Below are positions 45,747-55,764 of a DNA stretch of 64,000 bases, one piece after another (within the stretch, counting starts at the first letter, position 1; each line of letters starts with the position of its first letter). Below the pieces are notes generated by a model. The model was not told the DNA's origin. It was given only the letters and a program-made list of their open reading frames with translations, and searched no databases. Source of the DNA: an uncultured delta proteobacterium (GTDB taxonomy: Bacteria > Desulfobacterota > Binatia > HRBIN30 > BPIQ01). The DNA lies in assembly GCA_963761335.1 (NCBI GenBank), contig CAVXGR010000021.1, positions 32,001 to 96,000 of the forward strand, in the 5' to 3' direction. The position numbers and the translations under genes were made by a program.

Positions 45747-46082
45747 CTACTTCGGCGGGCGTCGTTTCGCTCGGTAGCGAGACGTTGTCTCCGCCACCCG
45801 CGGCTGTTCAACCGACTCCTGCCAGGGAAGGCTCCGCAGGCCGTCACCGGCCGTCTGCTCCCACTCGTCCCACAGCTCGCCACTTGTGGCCATCTCGCGA
45901 GCTGTGTCCTCCCACGAGAGCTTCTCGATTGCGCGTCCGACGGGGCGCAGGAGAATGCCTTCGGCGCGCTCTTCCATAATGACAGCCTCGCCAATGCGAT
46001 AGCGCCGCAGAGAGGCCGCAGGCAAGCGCACGCCGCGGGAGTTGCCGATTCGCGCCACCTTGAGCTTGATTGTGCTGGCCAT
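45747..46082 (-). CDS. mazE: AbrB/MazE antitoxin
   Basis: RIGNSRGVRLP; directly upstream of mazF. Confidence 0.88.
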   Translation of the reverse strand: MASTIKLKVARIGNSRGVRLPAASLRRYRIGEAVIMEERAEGILLRPVGRAIEKLSWEDTAREMATSGELWDEWEQTAGDGLRSLPWQESVEQPRVAETTSRYRAKRRPPK

Positions 46083-46281
46083 GTGAGCACTGTAATAACA
46101 TTGGATGGCGGCGGCAGACAAGCGACCGGGCTACTCGCAGCGGTCGGAGCGAGTAGAAGACGACGGGATGAGGACTGGGAATGAGGGTCGAGAAGAGACG
46201 CTTCCGTGGCAGCCTCGCGGCCTCGCCCCTTGACGCGCCGGCGGCGCTGGGATCTGCTTCCCCGCCGAGGCGAGGAGGCAC

Positions 46282-47613
46282 ATGCTCGAGTTTCCCGAAG
46301 GATTTCTCTGGGGCACCGCGACCGCGGCGTATCAGATCGAGGGTGGACACGACGCCGGCGGCCGCAAGCCATCGATCTGGGACACGTTCTCGCACCTTCC
46401 CGGCAAGGTCTTCGAGAACCAGAACGGCGACGTCGCCTGCGATCACTACCATCGCTATCGCGAAGACGTCGCCCTCATGGCGGGGCTCGGCCTCGACGCC
46501 TACCGCTTCTCGATCTCCTGGTCTCGCGTGCTTCCCGACGGCACCGGTGCCGTGAACCGGGAAGGTCTGGACTTCTACAACCGCCTGGTCGACGCGCTGC
46601 TCGAGCGCGGCATCCGCCCGTTCATCACCCTCTATCATTGGGATCTGCCGCAGGCGATCGAGGATCGCGGTGGCTGGGGGTCGCGCGAGACGCCGAAGGC
46701 CTTCGGCGAGTACGCCGCCGTGGTCGGCAGCGCCCTCGGCGACCGCGTCAAGGACTGGATCACGCTGAACGAGCCCATGGCCTCGGCGGTGCTCGGCTAT
46801 ATGTTCGGGATGCACGCGCCCGGCCTCCAGGACCCGGCGCTGGGCTTCCGTGTCTCGCATCATCTCAATCTCGCCCACGGAGACGCGGTGCGGGTGCTGC
46901 GCGCTGCGGTGCCGCGTGCCAACATCGGCATCACCCACGTCTCCGCGCCGGTGTACGCCGCCACCGACTCCGAGGCGGACCGTGCCGCCGCCCATCGCTA
47001 CGACGGCTTCGTCAACCGCTGGTACTGGGATCCGCCGCTTCTCGGCACCTATCCCGCCGACATCCTCGAACGCCTGGGACCCCTGGCGCCGCCGGTGGAG
47101 GACGGCGACATGGAACGCCTGTCGCCGCCGATCGATTTCTTCGGTCACAACAGCTACTCGCGCGCCATCGTCCGCAACGACCCCGAGACGATGCTCACCG
47201 AGGTCGCCCAGGTGCCCGCGGTGGGCAAGCCGCACACCGACATGGGATGGGAGATCTACCCGGACCACCTGTACGATGCCCTGGTGCGCATCGATCGCGA
47301 TTACGGTGCCCCGGAAATCTACATCACCGAGAACGGTGCCGCCTTTGCCGACGAGGTGGTGGCGGGCGCCGTCGACGACCCGCAGCGCATCGAATACCTG
47401 CGCGCCCATATCGCCGCGGCGCACCGCGCCATCCAGGACGGCGTGAAGCTGCGGGGCTATTTCTGCTGGTCCCTGCTCGACAACTTCGAGTGGTCGTTCG
47501 GCTACTCGAAGCGCTTCGGCATCGTCTACGTCGACTACCCCAGCCAGCGCCGCATCGTGAAGGCGAGCGGCCGCTTTCTCGCCGAGGTGGTGCGCCGCAA
47601 CGGGTTGCCCTGA
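46282..47613 (+). CDS. GH1 beta-glucosidase
   Basis: FLWGTATAAYQIEG, YRFSISWSR, TLNEP, YITENG, WSLLDNFEW. Confidence 0.96.
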   Translation: MLEFPEGFLWGTATAAYQIEGGHDAGGRKPSIWDTFSHLPGKVFENQNGDVACDHYHRYREDVALMAGLGLDAYRFSISWSRVLPDGTGAVNREGLDFYNRLVDALLERGIRPFITLYHWDLPQAIEDRGGWGSRETPKAFGEYAAVVGSALGDRVKDWITLNEPMASAVLGYMFGMHAPGLQDPALGFRVSHHLNLAHGDAVRVLRAAVPRANIGITHVSAPVYAATDSEADRAAAHRYDGFVNRWYWDPPLLGTYPADILERLGPLAPPVEDGDMERLSPPIDFFGHNSYSRAIVRNDPETMLTEVAQVPAVGKPHTDMGWEIYPDHLYDALVRIDRDYGAPEIYITENGAAFADEVVAGAVDDPQRIEYLRAHIAAAHRAIQDGVKLRGYFCWSLLDNFEWSFGYSKRFGIVYVDYPSQRRIVKASGRFLAEVVRRNGLP

Positions 47614-47615
47614 GA

Positions 47616-47690
47616 TGGGGACAGGCTACTTTTGCGCGTCGGCGGTGTCATGAAAGCGATGGTCTCGGCCGCAAAAGTTGCCTGTCCCCA
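47616..47690. repeat. MITE/REP-like element with 21-bp terminal inverted repeats
   Basis: TGGGGACAGGCTACTTTTGCG ... CGCAAAAGTTGCCTGTCCCCA (1 mismatch). Confidence 0.75.
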
Positions 47691-47708
47691 GCGGGCGTAG
47701 GTGCGGCG

Positions 47709-48134
47709 ATGCCTCTCGTCTCTGCCGGCTGCGTCGTCACCCGAGCCGGCCCGCAAGGTACCGAGGTGCTGCTGGTGCACGCCCGGCGGGCATCGTTCCG
47801 GCGCCCGCTCTTCGGCATTCCCAAGGGGCTTGTCGAGGCGGGGGAGACCCTCGAGGAGGCGGCCCGGCGCGAGACCGAGGAGGAGACCGGCCTACGGGTC
47901 CATATCCTCGGTCCTCTCGGCAGCATCAGGCAGAAGTCCGGCAAGATCGTGCACGCCTTTGGCGCCGTGGTGGCGCCCGAAAGTGAAGGCAGAATCGACA
48001 AAAAGGGCCGCTGTGAGGCCGCCGACGGGGAGAACGACGTCTGCCGTTTCTACCCCATCGAGAAGGCGCGTCCCCTGATGATCCCCGCTCAGCGCGAGCT
48101 CCTCGACCGGCTGGCCGAGATCCCCGCCCATTGA
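47709..48134 (+). CDS. NUDIX hydrolase
   Basis: PKGLVEAGETLEEAARRETEEETG Nudix box. Confidence 0.9.
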   Translation: MPLVSAGCVVTRAGPQGTEVLLVHARRASFRRPLFGIPKGLVEAGETLEEAARRETEEETGLRVHILGPLGSIRQKSGKIVHAFGAVVAPESEGRIDKKGRCEAADGENDVCRFYPIEKARPLMIPAQRELLDRLAEIPAH

Positions 48135-48187
48135 CCTCGCCTCGCGCTCGCCGTAGCCTCCGGGAACCCAACCCCAAGGAGATTTAC

Positions 48188-49174
48188 ATGCGAACCATCG
48201 CCTTCACCGTCATAGCCGTTCTCGGCTCTGCCCTGATGGCTGTTGCCGCCGACACCACGGTGGCCACAGTCGCCGGGCACACCATCACCCAATCGGAGCT
48301 CGAGCAGCACGTGAAGCCCAAGCTGATCGAGATCGACAACGAGCGCTACGAGACGCTCAGCCAGGGTCTCGACGAGATGGTCACCGACATCCTGCTCGAG
48401 CAGGAGGCCAAGGCGCGCGGCATCAGCAAGGACGATCTGGTGGAGAAGGAGGTGGAGTCGAAGATCCCCGAGCCCACCGACGCCGAGGTGCAGAAGCTCT
48501 ACGACGACAACAAGGATCAGCTCAACGGCGCTTCGCTCGATTCGGTGAAGCCGCGCATCGTCCAGTACCTGAAGCAGCAGAAGGGAGCCGCGGTGGCCCA
48601 GACCTACATCGCCGGCCTCAAGAAGAAGTACAAGACGACGGTCCTCCTGCATCCGCCCGTTGTCGAGGTCGGCACCGGCCCGCGGCCGCCTCGCGGCGGC
48701 GCCAACGCGGCGGTCACCATCGTCACCTTCTCGGACTACGAGTGCCCCTTCTGCAAGCGCGCCGAGTCGACCGTGGACCAGGTGATGAAGGCGTACGGGG
48801 ACAAGGTCCGCCTCTACTTCCGCGATTATCCGCTGCCCTTCCACCAGCACGCGCGACCGGCCGCCGAGGCCGCGGAGTGCGCCAATGCCCAGGGGAAGTT
48901 CTGGGACTACCACGACAAGCTGATGGCGAGTAAGGACCTGTCGCCGGAGAACCTGAAGAAGATGGCCGCCGACACCGGTATGGACGCCAAGAAGTTCGAC
49001 GAGTGCGTCGCCAAGAACCCGTACAAGGACATCATCGAGAAGGACATCGCCGACGGCGCCACCGCCGGAGTCAACGGCACGCCCGCCTTCTTCATCAACG
49101 GTCGCCTGATCTCCGGCGCCCAGCCGTTCGAGAAGTTCAAGGAGATCATCGACGAGGAGCTGGCGCGGAAATAG
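48188..49174 (+). CDS. DsbA-family thiol-disulfide oxidoreductase with SurA-like N-terminal helical domain
   Basis: Signal peptide, FSDYECPFC, YPLPFH, GVNGTPAFFING. Confidence 0.9.
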   Translation: MRTIAFTVIAVLGSALMAVAADTTVATVAGHTITQSELEQHVKPKLIEIDNERYETLSQGLDEMVTDILLEQEAKARGISKDDLVEKEVESKIPEPTDAEVQKLYDDNKDQLNGASLDSVKPRIVQYLKQQKGAAVAQTYIAGLKKKYKTTVLLHPPVVEVGTGPRPPRGGANAAVTIVTFSDYECPFCKRAESTVDQVMKAYGDKVRLYFRDYPLPFHQHARPAAEAAECANAQGKFWDYHDKLMASKDLSPENLKKMAADTGMDAKKFDECVAKNPYKDIIEKDIADGATAGVNGTPAFFINGRLISGAQPFEKFKEIIDEELARK

Positions 49175-49177
49175 GGA

Positions 49178-51370
49178 TTGGTGTCCGGCCGAGGATCAAA
49201 GAGACGGGGCGCGGCGCTGCTGCTCGGCGGCGCCGCCTTCCTGGTTGCCTCGGCGGCGTCGGCCATCGTCGTTCCCGACGATTACTCGACCATCCAGGCG
49301 GCCCTGAACGCCGCCGTTCCGGGTGACACCATCGAGGTGAAGGACACCCCCGGGCCCTATGCGGAGAAGATCGCCTTCCCGAGCAGCGGGGCCCCGGGGG
49401 CCTACATCACCCTGCAGGCGTTCGCCGGCCATTCGCCGGTGCTCGACGGCACCGGGGTGCCCGGCGAGAACATGGTGCTCATCGACTCGAAGAGCTACGT
49501 CAAGATCGTCGGCTTCGAGATTCGCAACAACCTCGGCGTCCACGACGGCTCCGGGATCCGCGTCCTCGGCTCCGGCTCGCACATCGAGCTTCGCGACAAC
49601 CGCATTCACGACATCCGCGGCAGCAATGCCATGGGGATCACCGTCTACGGCACCGAGGCGACCTCGATCTCGGATCTGATCATCGACGGCAACCAGATCT
49701 ACGACTGCGAGCCGGCGCGCAGCGAGGCGCTGACGCTCAACGGCAATGTCGAGACGTTCGAGGTGACCAACAACGTCGTCCGAGACGTGAACAACATCGG
49801 CATCGATTTCATCGGCGGCGAGACCGACATCCAGCCGGACACCAGCAAGGTGGCGCGCAACGGCGTGTGTCGCGGCAACCAGGTCTACCGCGCCAACTCG
49901 ATCTACGGCGGTGGTTATGCCGGCGGCATCTACGTCGACGGCGGCAAGGACATCGTCATCGAGCGCAACATCGTCGCCGAGAGCGATCTGGGGCTCGAGG
50001 TCGGCGCCGAGAACTCCGGCATCGTCAGCAGCGGCGTCATCGTCCGCGACAACATCCTCTACCACAACCAGAAGGCGGGCCTCGCCTTCGGCGGCTACGC
50101 GGCGTCCGTCGGGCGGGTGAAGAGCTGCTCGTTCCTCAACAACACGCTCTATCAGAACGACACGCTGAACGTCGGGCTGGGGGAGCTGTGGGTCCAGTAC
50201 GCCGAGGACAACGTCGTCCGCAACAATGTCTTCTACGCCGGCGCGCAGAACCTGCTCATCTACTCGGAGTCCGGCAACGTCAACAACGCCCTCGACTACA
50301 ATCTCTGGTTCGCGGACGCCGGCGCCGGCAGCGCCGTCTTCGTCTGGAAGAACACGGGGTACAGCGGCTTCGCCTCTTACCTCGCCGGATCCGGCGAGGA
50401 CGCCCACTCGGTGTTTGCCGATCCGCAGCTCGTCGACGCCGGCGCCGCCGACTTCCACCTGTCGTCGACCTCGCCGGCGGTGAACGCCGGCGATCCGGGC
50501 TTCGCCGCGGCGATGGGGGAGACGGACATCGACGGCGCGCCGCGGGTCAGCGGCGGCCGCGTCGATGCCGGCGCCGACGAGGTGACCTGCGGCGACGGCG
50601 TGATCGACGCCGGCGAGACCTGCGACGATGGCAATCTGGTCGATTGCGACGGCTGTGACAGCAACTGCACCGATTCGAGCCTGTGCGGCAACGGCATCGT
50701 CTGCGGCGCCGAGCAGTGCGACGACGGCAACACCGTGAATGGAGACTGCTGCTCCGCGAGCTGCGGCTTCGAGGCGGGCGGTGCGCCGTGCGACGACGGC
50801 GATCTCTGCACGCACGGCGACAGCTGCGACGGCGCCGGGCAGTGCGCCGGTACCGCCACTCCCGCGCCGGTGTGCGACGCCCCGACGCTTGCGGGCAAGT
50901 CGCTCCTGCTGCTGCGCGATCGCGACCCGGACAAGCGCGATCTGCTGGTGTGGAGATGGACGAAGGGGCCGCTGGTGGACATCGGAGACTTCGGCGACCC
51001 GACGGCGAGCACCGCCTACGCCCTCTGCATCTACGACGGCTCCGGCGACCCGCAGCCGCGGCTGCGCGCCGCCATCGATGCCGGCGGGCAGTGCGCCGGA
51101 AAGCCGTGCTGGCGCCCGACGAAGAAGGGGTACCGCTATCGCGACAAGAATCTCCTCGCCGGCGGTGTGAAGACGATCAACCTGATATCCGGCGATCCCG
51201 GTCGCAGCCGCATCATCGTCCGGGGCAAGGGGGACAACCTCGACATGCCGTCCCTCGGCCTCACGCCACCGGTCACCGCGCAGCTCGAGAACGACGCTGG
51301 AGCCTGCTGGGGGGCGACGTACTCTTCGCCGATCGCCAACGACCCGACGTTGCTCAAGGCCAGAGAGTGA
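49178..51370 (+). CDS. Secreted right-handed beta-helix protein with myxococcal-type Cys-rich repeats and a C-terminal domain of unknown function
   Basis: Signal peptide, YwoF-like beta-helix (EALTLNGNV, NIGIDFIG, GIYVDGG), CGDG...CDDGN repeats. Confidence 0.8.
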   Translation: MVSGRGSKRRGAALLLGGAAFLVASAASAIVVPDDYSTIQAALNAAVPGDTIEVKDTPGPYAEKIAFPSSGAPGAYITLQAFAGHSPVLDGTGVPGENMVLIDSKSYVKIVGFEIRNNLGVHDGSGIRVLGSGSHIELRDNRIHDIRGSNAMGITVYGTEATSISDLIIDGNQIYDCEPARSEALTLNGNVETFEVTNNVVRDVNNIGIDFIGGETDIQPDTSKVARNGVCRGNQVYRANSIYGGGYAGGIYVDGGKDIVIERNIVAESDLGLEVGAENSGIVSSGVIVRDNILYHNQKAGLAFGGYAASVGRVKSCSFLNNTLYQNDTLNVGLGELWVQYAEDNVVRNNVFYAGAQNLLIYSESGNVNNALDYNLWFADAGAGSAVFVWKNTGYSGFASYLAGSGEDAHSVFADPQLVDAGAADFHLSSTSPAVNAGDPGFAAAMGETDIDGAPRVSGGRVDAGADEVTCGDGVIDAGETCDDGNLVDCDGCDSNCTDSSLCGNGIVCGAEQCDDGNTVNGDCCSASCGFEAGGAPCDDGDLCTHGDSCDGAGQCAGTATPAPVCDAPTLAGKSLLLLRDRDPDKRDLLVWRWTKGPLVDIGDFGDPTASTAYALCIYDGSGDPQPRLRAAIDAGGQCAGKPCWRPTKKGYRYRDKNLLAGGVKTINLISGDPGRSRIIVRGKGDNLDMPSLGLTPPVTAQLENDAGACWGATYSSPIANDPTLLKARE

Positions 51371-51429
51371 AGGAGCGAGGTGCCGAGGGGTTGGGTGCTG
51401 GGGGCCGAACGGGGCGCGAAATTTCGCGG

Positions 51430-52005
51430 TTATTCGCGGGGAGAGCCTTCGGCATCCTGCCCGCGCAGCGTATGCCAGCCGCGGCGGACTCTGACCCAGG
51501 CGTTCATGGCGCCCCGCTGGCCCAAGATCAAGGCCGCGCCGACGAGAATCATCGCGCCGCTCTGGGCCAGCTCGCCGGCGATCTCGCGGGCGAATTCCTG
51601 GACACTGTCACCGCGAGCGTCGCTGAGGGCGAAGGCCGTTGCGAAACGCGCAAAGTGCGGCAGTGCCGCCGCGATCATCGCGGTGCCGATGACGGCGAGG
51701 AGCATCGCTCTGAGATCGGCGATTGAGATCGTTGCCGCCGCCGGGGCGGCGGGGTCGCCGAGCTTCCAGGTGGCGAGCCGTCCGCTGTACCCGATCAGCG
51801 CCCCGCCGAGGCCGAAGAGCAGGACGGTAGGGACAATGCCGATCGCCGCCACCGCCGGCCAGCTCACGTTGAGCGGCAGAAGCTGCTTCTGAAGCTCGGG
51901 GCTGAGCAGGAACCCTACCGCGAACAAATTGTTCAATGCCTCGACCAGGGCATAGATCCCGGCGAGCACGAAGGCGAGCGATCCGAGCTCACGCTTAGTC
52001 ATCAT
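51430..52005 (-). CDS. Hypothetical membrane protein (about 4 TM)
   Basis: MMTKRELGSLAFVLAGIY...; AAGG just upstream; fused to the upstream ORF in the ORF track only through a frameshift. Confidence 0.65.
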   Translation of the reverse strand: MMTKRELGSLAFVLAGIYALVEALNNLFAVGFLLSPELQKQLLPLNVSWPAVAAIGIVPTVLLFGLGGALIGYSGRLATWKLGDPAAPAAATISIADLRAMLLAVIGTAMIAAALPHFARFATAFALSDARGDSVQEFAREIAGELAQSGAMILVGAALILGQRGAMNAWVRVRRGWHTLRGQDAEGSPRE

Positions 52006-52108
52006 CCTTGGTATCCTTTCAGCTGCCGGGCAACCGCGCCGACGCGGTCGCGTTCCGGGAAAGGCTCTGGCGCTCTCTCTGCTATCTGCCTTTCCGTAGC
52101 GCCACAAG

Positions 52109-53493
52109 TCAAGGGGCGGAAGCGTAGCCAGGTAGGTGGGAGAGCTGCTCGTGCAGCCACGCGGCCAGCAGCTGGTTGCCGGCGGCGGTGAAGTGCGGAT
52201 CCATCGGCCTGTCGAAGTAGATGGGACGGCCGCTCCTGTATGCCTCTCGCACCGTCTCGCCGGCGTCGAGAGCCTCGATGCCGAGTTGCCGCGCGACGGC
52301 GAGGATCTGCGGCGCTGAAGTGCGGCTGGTCGGGTCTTCCACCCATTGGCGCGATGGCAGCACGACGACGGTGAAGCCGATCTTCCGCGCCTCAGCTCGG
52401 CGCGGGCCGCATCCAGGATCGCTGCGAGGTGCGAGACGCCAACCTCTTCCGAGGAAATGGTGTGCAGCGGCATCGGTGGAATGCCGGTGACGATGGCGGC
52501 GCTCAGATGAGCTGCGACAGAGGATCGGCCGACCATGGCGCGCAAGAGAAACGGAGGCGGGCTGTGGTGGAGCAGCCAGCTCGCCCCGGGCTTGGCCAAA
52601 TCCACGGCGCTCGGTGTGGCGCAGCGCATCGACAATCCCTCGGGGCCGTATTCCAGAAGCGATTGCCAGCCGCAGCAGGGATAACCGTCATCGAGACCGG
52701 TGATGTCGTTGTCCTCGAATAGGTACATCACCACCAGATCGACGTGTTGCGCCGTGAGCCAGCGACGTAGCACCAGAAGGTAGGCATCCGGCGCCGTGCC
52801 GGGAATGCCGGCGTTGATGTGCTGCGTGTCCGGTTCCAGGTGCTCGAGATCGGCGGCGATCGTCTCGTGGCGCGCCACCCCAAAGCCGAATATCATCGAG
52901 TCGCCGACGTGCAGAACGCTCCGCTTGGCCTCCCGTCGAGATACGAACGTCGAGGGCGTCACGACGTCCGTTTCCTGGCTGGCGTCGAGAATGCCGGGAT
53001 ACCGGCCCCCATAGATGATCGAGCAGACGATCTCCTGGCTGCGAAGATCCCAGGAAGAATGGTGGGTGCCGGCGCGCATCGCGTCGGCGAGCAGCAAGTG
53101 CGGTCCACCCTCTGTCGGGAAGGCGGGCGGCACTGGCAGCCACAGCCGGCAGGCGACCTCCAGCAGTAGCACGCTGCCGCCGAGCGAGCCGGCCGCCAGG
53201 GCGACGCCAGCGCGATTTGCAAGGGCGTCGTGTGCACTCCAGAGAGCCCCGGCACCGATGAAGAGGCCCTCCAGCAAAGCATCCCAGAAGCCGATGAGCG
53301 GGTAGAGCAGGACCAGTACGATGGTCAATGCGACCGGGGTCGCGAGCAGCGCGGCTGCGGCCCTGAAGCCGTCGCAGCGCCTGCCCCGCAAGCGCCGGAT
53401 TACCAACCCGAGGGTTGTGCCCAGCCCGATCGGCACCACGACCAGGGCCACTGCCGTGATTGCCGTCGCGATTGCGAGCGAGGGGTCGTGCAC
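52109..53493 (-). pseudogene. Membrane-anchored SGNH/GDSL hydrolase-like protein with one frameshift near 52393
   Basis: VGDSMIFG, INAGIPG and EDND in one frame; GFTVVVLP...DPHFTAAGN (catalytic DxH) in another frame. Confidence 0.75.
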
Positions 53494-53544
53494 TTTCTGC
53501 CCACCACCGCGCCGCGGCGACCGGAGTCGGGACCTGCCCCTCGC

Positions 53545-54222
53545 CTACACGCCGAAGAGGGGACCGTGCGCGACGTAGATCAACACCGCCAGGACGATGC
53601 CGATGACGGCACCCATCCACGGGATCTCCGCCAGCGCCAAGTGGTTACGGCCGGCGGCGATTGCGGCGAACGGGAGCAGAGACGTCTCGGCGTAGAACTC
53701 CGCGAGCGCGCCGCCATCAGTGAGGCGCTTGCGGGCGTCCTGGTGTGCGGCCCCGATCGCGCCGAAGGCGACGAAGCCGCCGAAGAAAATGACGTCGGCG
53801 AGAGAGCCGTTGACGAGCAAATGCGCCACGGCCCACAGGCCGATCGCCATGAAGAGCGGATGGCGGGTGACGCGGGTGATGCCGTGGCTGCGCTTCGCCG
53901 CTCCCGGCACCATCCCGGTCGGGCTCGGCTGCACGAAGGAGAGCACCAGGAGGACGAAGGCCGCCGCCGCGAGAATGATGGCGAGCCAGCGCACCGCCGG
54001 GACAAAGCGAAGGTTCCACAATATCGGACCGGAGTGCCGGTGATTGAAGTAGATGATTGCCAGCGGGATGAAGGTCGCCAGGGCGACCAGAGAGTAGATG
54101 CCCTGAAAGCCGCGCTCTCCGAGCCGATCAATGAGGGGCCGCCGCACCGGCATCGCGGAGAGCACCAGGTGCGAGCCCGCGAAGGCGATCCAGAGAAGCA
54201 AGACGGAGAACCAGGCCGGCAT
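53545..54222 (-). CDS. NnrU family membrane protein
   Basis: FAGSHL, YSLVAL, GITRVTRHPL, WAVAHLLVNG, TSLLPF. Confidence 0.88.
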   Translation of the reverse strand: MPAWFSVLLLWIAFAGSHLVLSAMPVRRPLIDRLGERGFQGIYSLVALATFIPLAIIYFNHRHSGPILWNLRFVPAVRWLAIILAAAAFVLLVLSFVQPSPTGMVPGAAKRSHGITRVTRHPLFMAIGLWAVAHLLVNGSLADVIFFGGFVAFGAIGAAHQDARKRLTDGGALAEFYAETSLLPFAAIAAGRNHLALAEIPWMGAVIGIVLAVLIYVAHGPLFGV

Positions 54223-54280
54223 CGTCGATCTACCTGAGCGTATCTACGACAAATGCCGGGAAGAATGAAGCGCTCTCCAT

Positions 54281-54874
54281 TCACGGGCGGGCGTGCTTGC
54301 CGACCTCCCACCCCGAGCCCGCCAGGTGCTGCGCCGCGAAGCGACGTGGCTCGTCCTCGAGCTCCGTGGCGAAGGTGTCGTTCCAGCGATTCAACCAGCC
54401 GAACAGCGCCGCCACCGCGACCATCTCGACGATCTGCTCTTCGCTGAAGTGTTGGCGCAGCTGCGTGAAGTGTTCGGGGGTGACGTTGTTGGGAACGATC
54501 GCCGCGTCGCGGGCGAGACGCAGCGCGATCCGTTCGGCGTCGCTGAAGTCGGGGTAGGTGTCGAACTCGAAGGCGTGCTCGATCTTCTCCGCCGGCACGC
54601 CGAAGCGCGCCGCGTGCGCCGAGGTGTGCGCCTGACAGTAGCGGCACCCGGAGGCGTTACTGGCGACGTAGGCGATCAGCTGCTTCAGACCCGGGTCGAC
54701 CGTCCCCGGGCCGATCACGGCGCCGGCGAGCATGGAGAAGGGGCGGAGGATGTCCGGGCAGCGCCCCATGACGTAGAGGCTCCGCGGCACGAACCCCATC
54801 GAGGCTTCCGCCATCTGGAAGAAAGGCTCGAACTCGGCCAGCTGCTCACGCGGTATGGGTGGAACATGGGACAT
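54281..54874 (-). CDS. AhpD/carboxymuconolactone decarboxylase family protein
   Basis: MGFVPRS, GCRYCQAHT, FGWLNRWNDT. Confidence 0.88.
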   Translation of the reverse strand: MSHVPPIPREQLAEFEPFFQMAEASMGFVPRSLYVMGRCPDILRPFSMLAGAVIGPGTVDPGLKQLIAYVASNASGCRYCQAHTSAHAARFGVPAEKIEHAFEFDTYPDFSDAERIALRLARDAAIVPNNVTPEHFTQLRQHFSEEQIVEMVAVAALFGWLNRWNDTFATELEDEPRRFAAQHLAGSGWEVGKHARP

Positions 54875-54931
54875 TTCGCATTCTCCTCTCGGTTGGTTTG
54901 CTGGACTCTGGTGGTTCGACTGCCAGATTGC

Positions 54932-55732
54932 TCAATCGGCGCGGCCGGCGATTGCCTCGACCTGCGGCCAGACAGCTTCTCCGTTCTGACGCAGCATGGC
55001 CACCGCCGCTTCGGGAGCCCACTTCGAGACGGCGATCTCGAATGCCGGACGGGCCTGTACCCGCTCATACCAGCGGGCCAGGGAGGGGCGCGCATCGGCG
55101 GCAAGGAGCGGCGTCATCGCCAGATGATCCAGGCGAAGCACGTACGGGAGCACGCAGGCATCCGCGAGGCCGAAGGAGCTGCCCGAGAGCCAATCGCGCT
55201 GCGCCAGCGTTACCTCCGCCCGGTCGAGGAGGTCGATCATTTTTCTCAGGGCGCCGGCAAACTCGGGCGCCTCGACCCCGTGCTCGATGACGCTGCGACG
55301 CGCCTCGCGTTCCGCCGGATCGGGAATCGAGCTGATGTTGGCCTCCAGCATCTCCTTGGGCAGCTGCAGCAGGAGGTTGCGCGGGCCGATGGCAAAGGTC
55401 ACCACGGCGGTGGCGGCGTGGGCTTTTTCGTCGACGCGCTTCGTCCACAGGCGGACCTCGTGCCGCCCGCGGGCGTCGCTCGGCCGCATTGGTATCGCGG
55501 GGAAAGCTTCGTCGAGGTACTCGTTGATGAGGGTCGACTCGATCAGCACGGCGCCGTCGTGCACCAGCGTCGGCACGACGTGGTTCGGATTCAGCTTTAC
55601 GTACTCCGAATCGTGCTGGCCCCCGGTCATGAGATCGACCTCGTGGGACACGAAGTCGAGCCCCTTCTCCGCCAACACCAGGCGGACCTTCTGGGAGCAA
55701 GTCGAGAATGCATAGTGGTAGAGCTCGAGCAT
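54932..55732 (-). CDS. Glutathione S-transferase (PcpC/GDAP1-like long form)
   Basis: LYHYAFSTCSQKVRL, LNPNHVVPTL, ESTLINEYLD, FGLAD. Confidence 0.88.
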   Translation of the reverse strand: MLELYHYAFSTCSQKVRLVLAEKGLDFVSHEVDLMTGGQHDSEYVKLNPNHVVPTLVHDGAVLIESTLINEYLDEAFPAIPMRPSDARGRHEVRLWTKRVDEKAHAATAVVTFAIGPRNLLLQLPKEMLEANISSIPDPAEREARRSVIEHGVEAPEFAGALRKMIDLLDRAEVTLAQRDWLSGSSFGLADACVLPYVLRLDHLAMTPLLAADARPSLARWYERVQARPAFEIAVSKWAPEAAVAMLRQNGEAVWPQVEAIAGRAD

Positions 55733-55764
55733 GATGGGTGATCTCCTTTCCGTGTGTGATTGAG

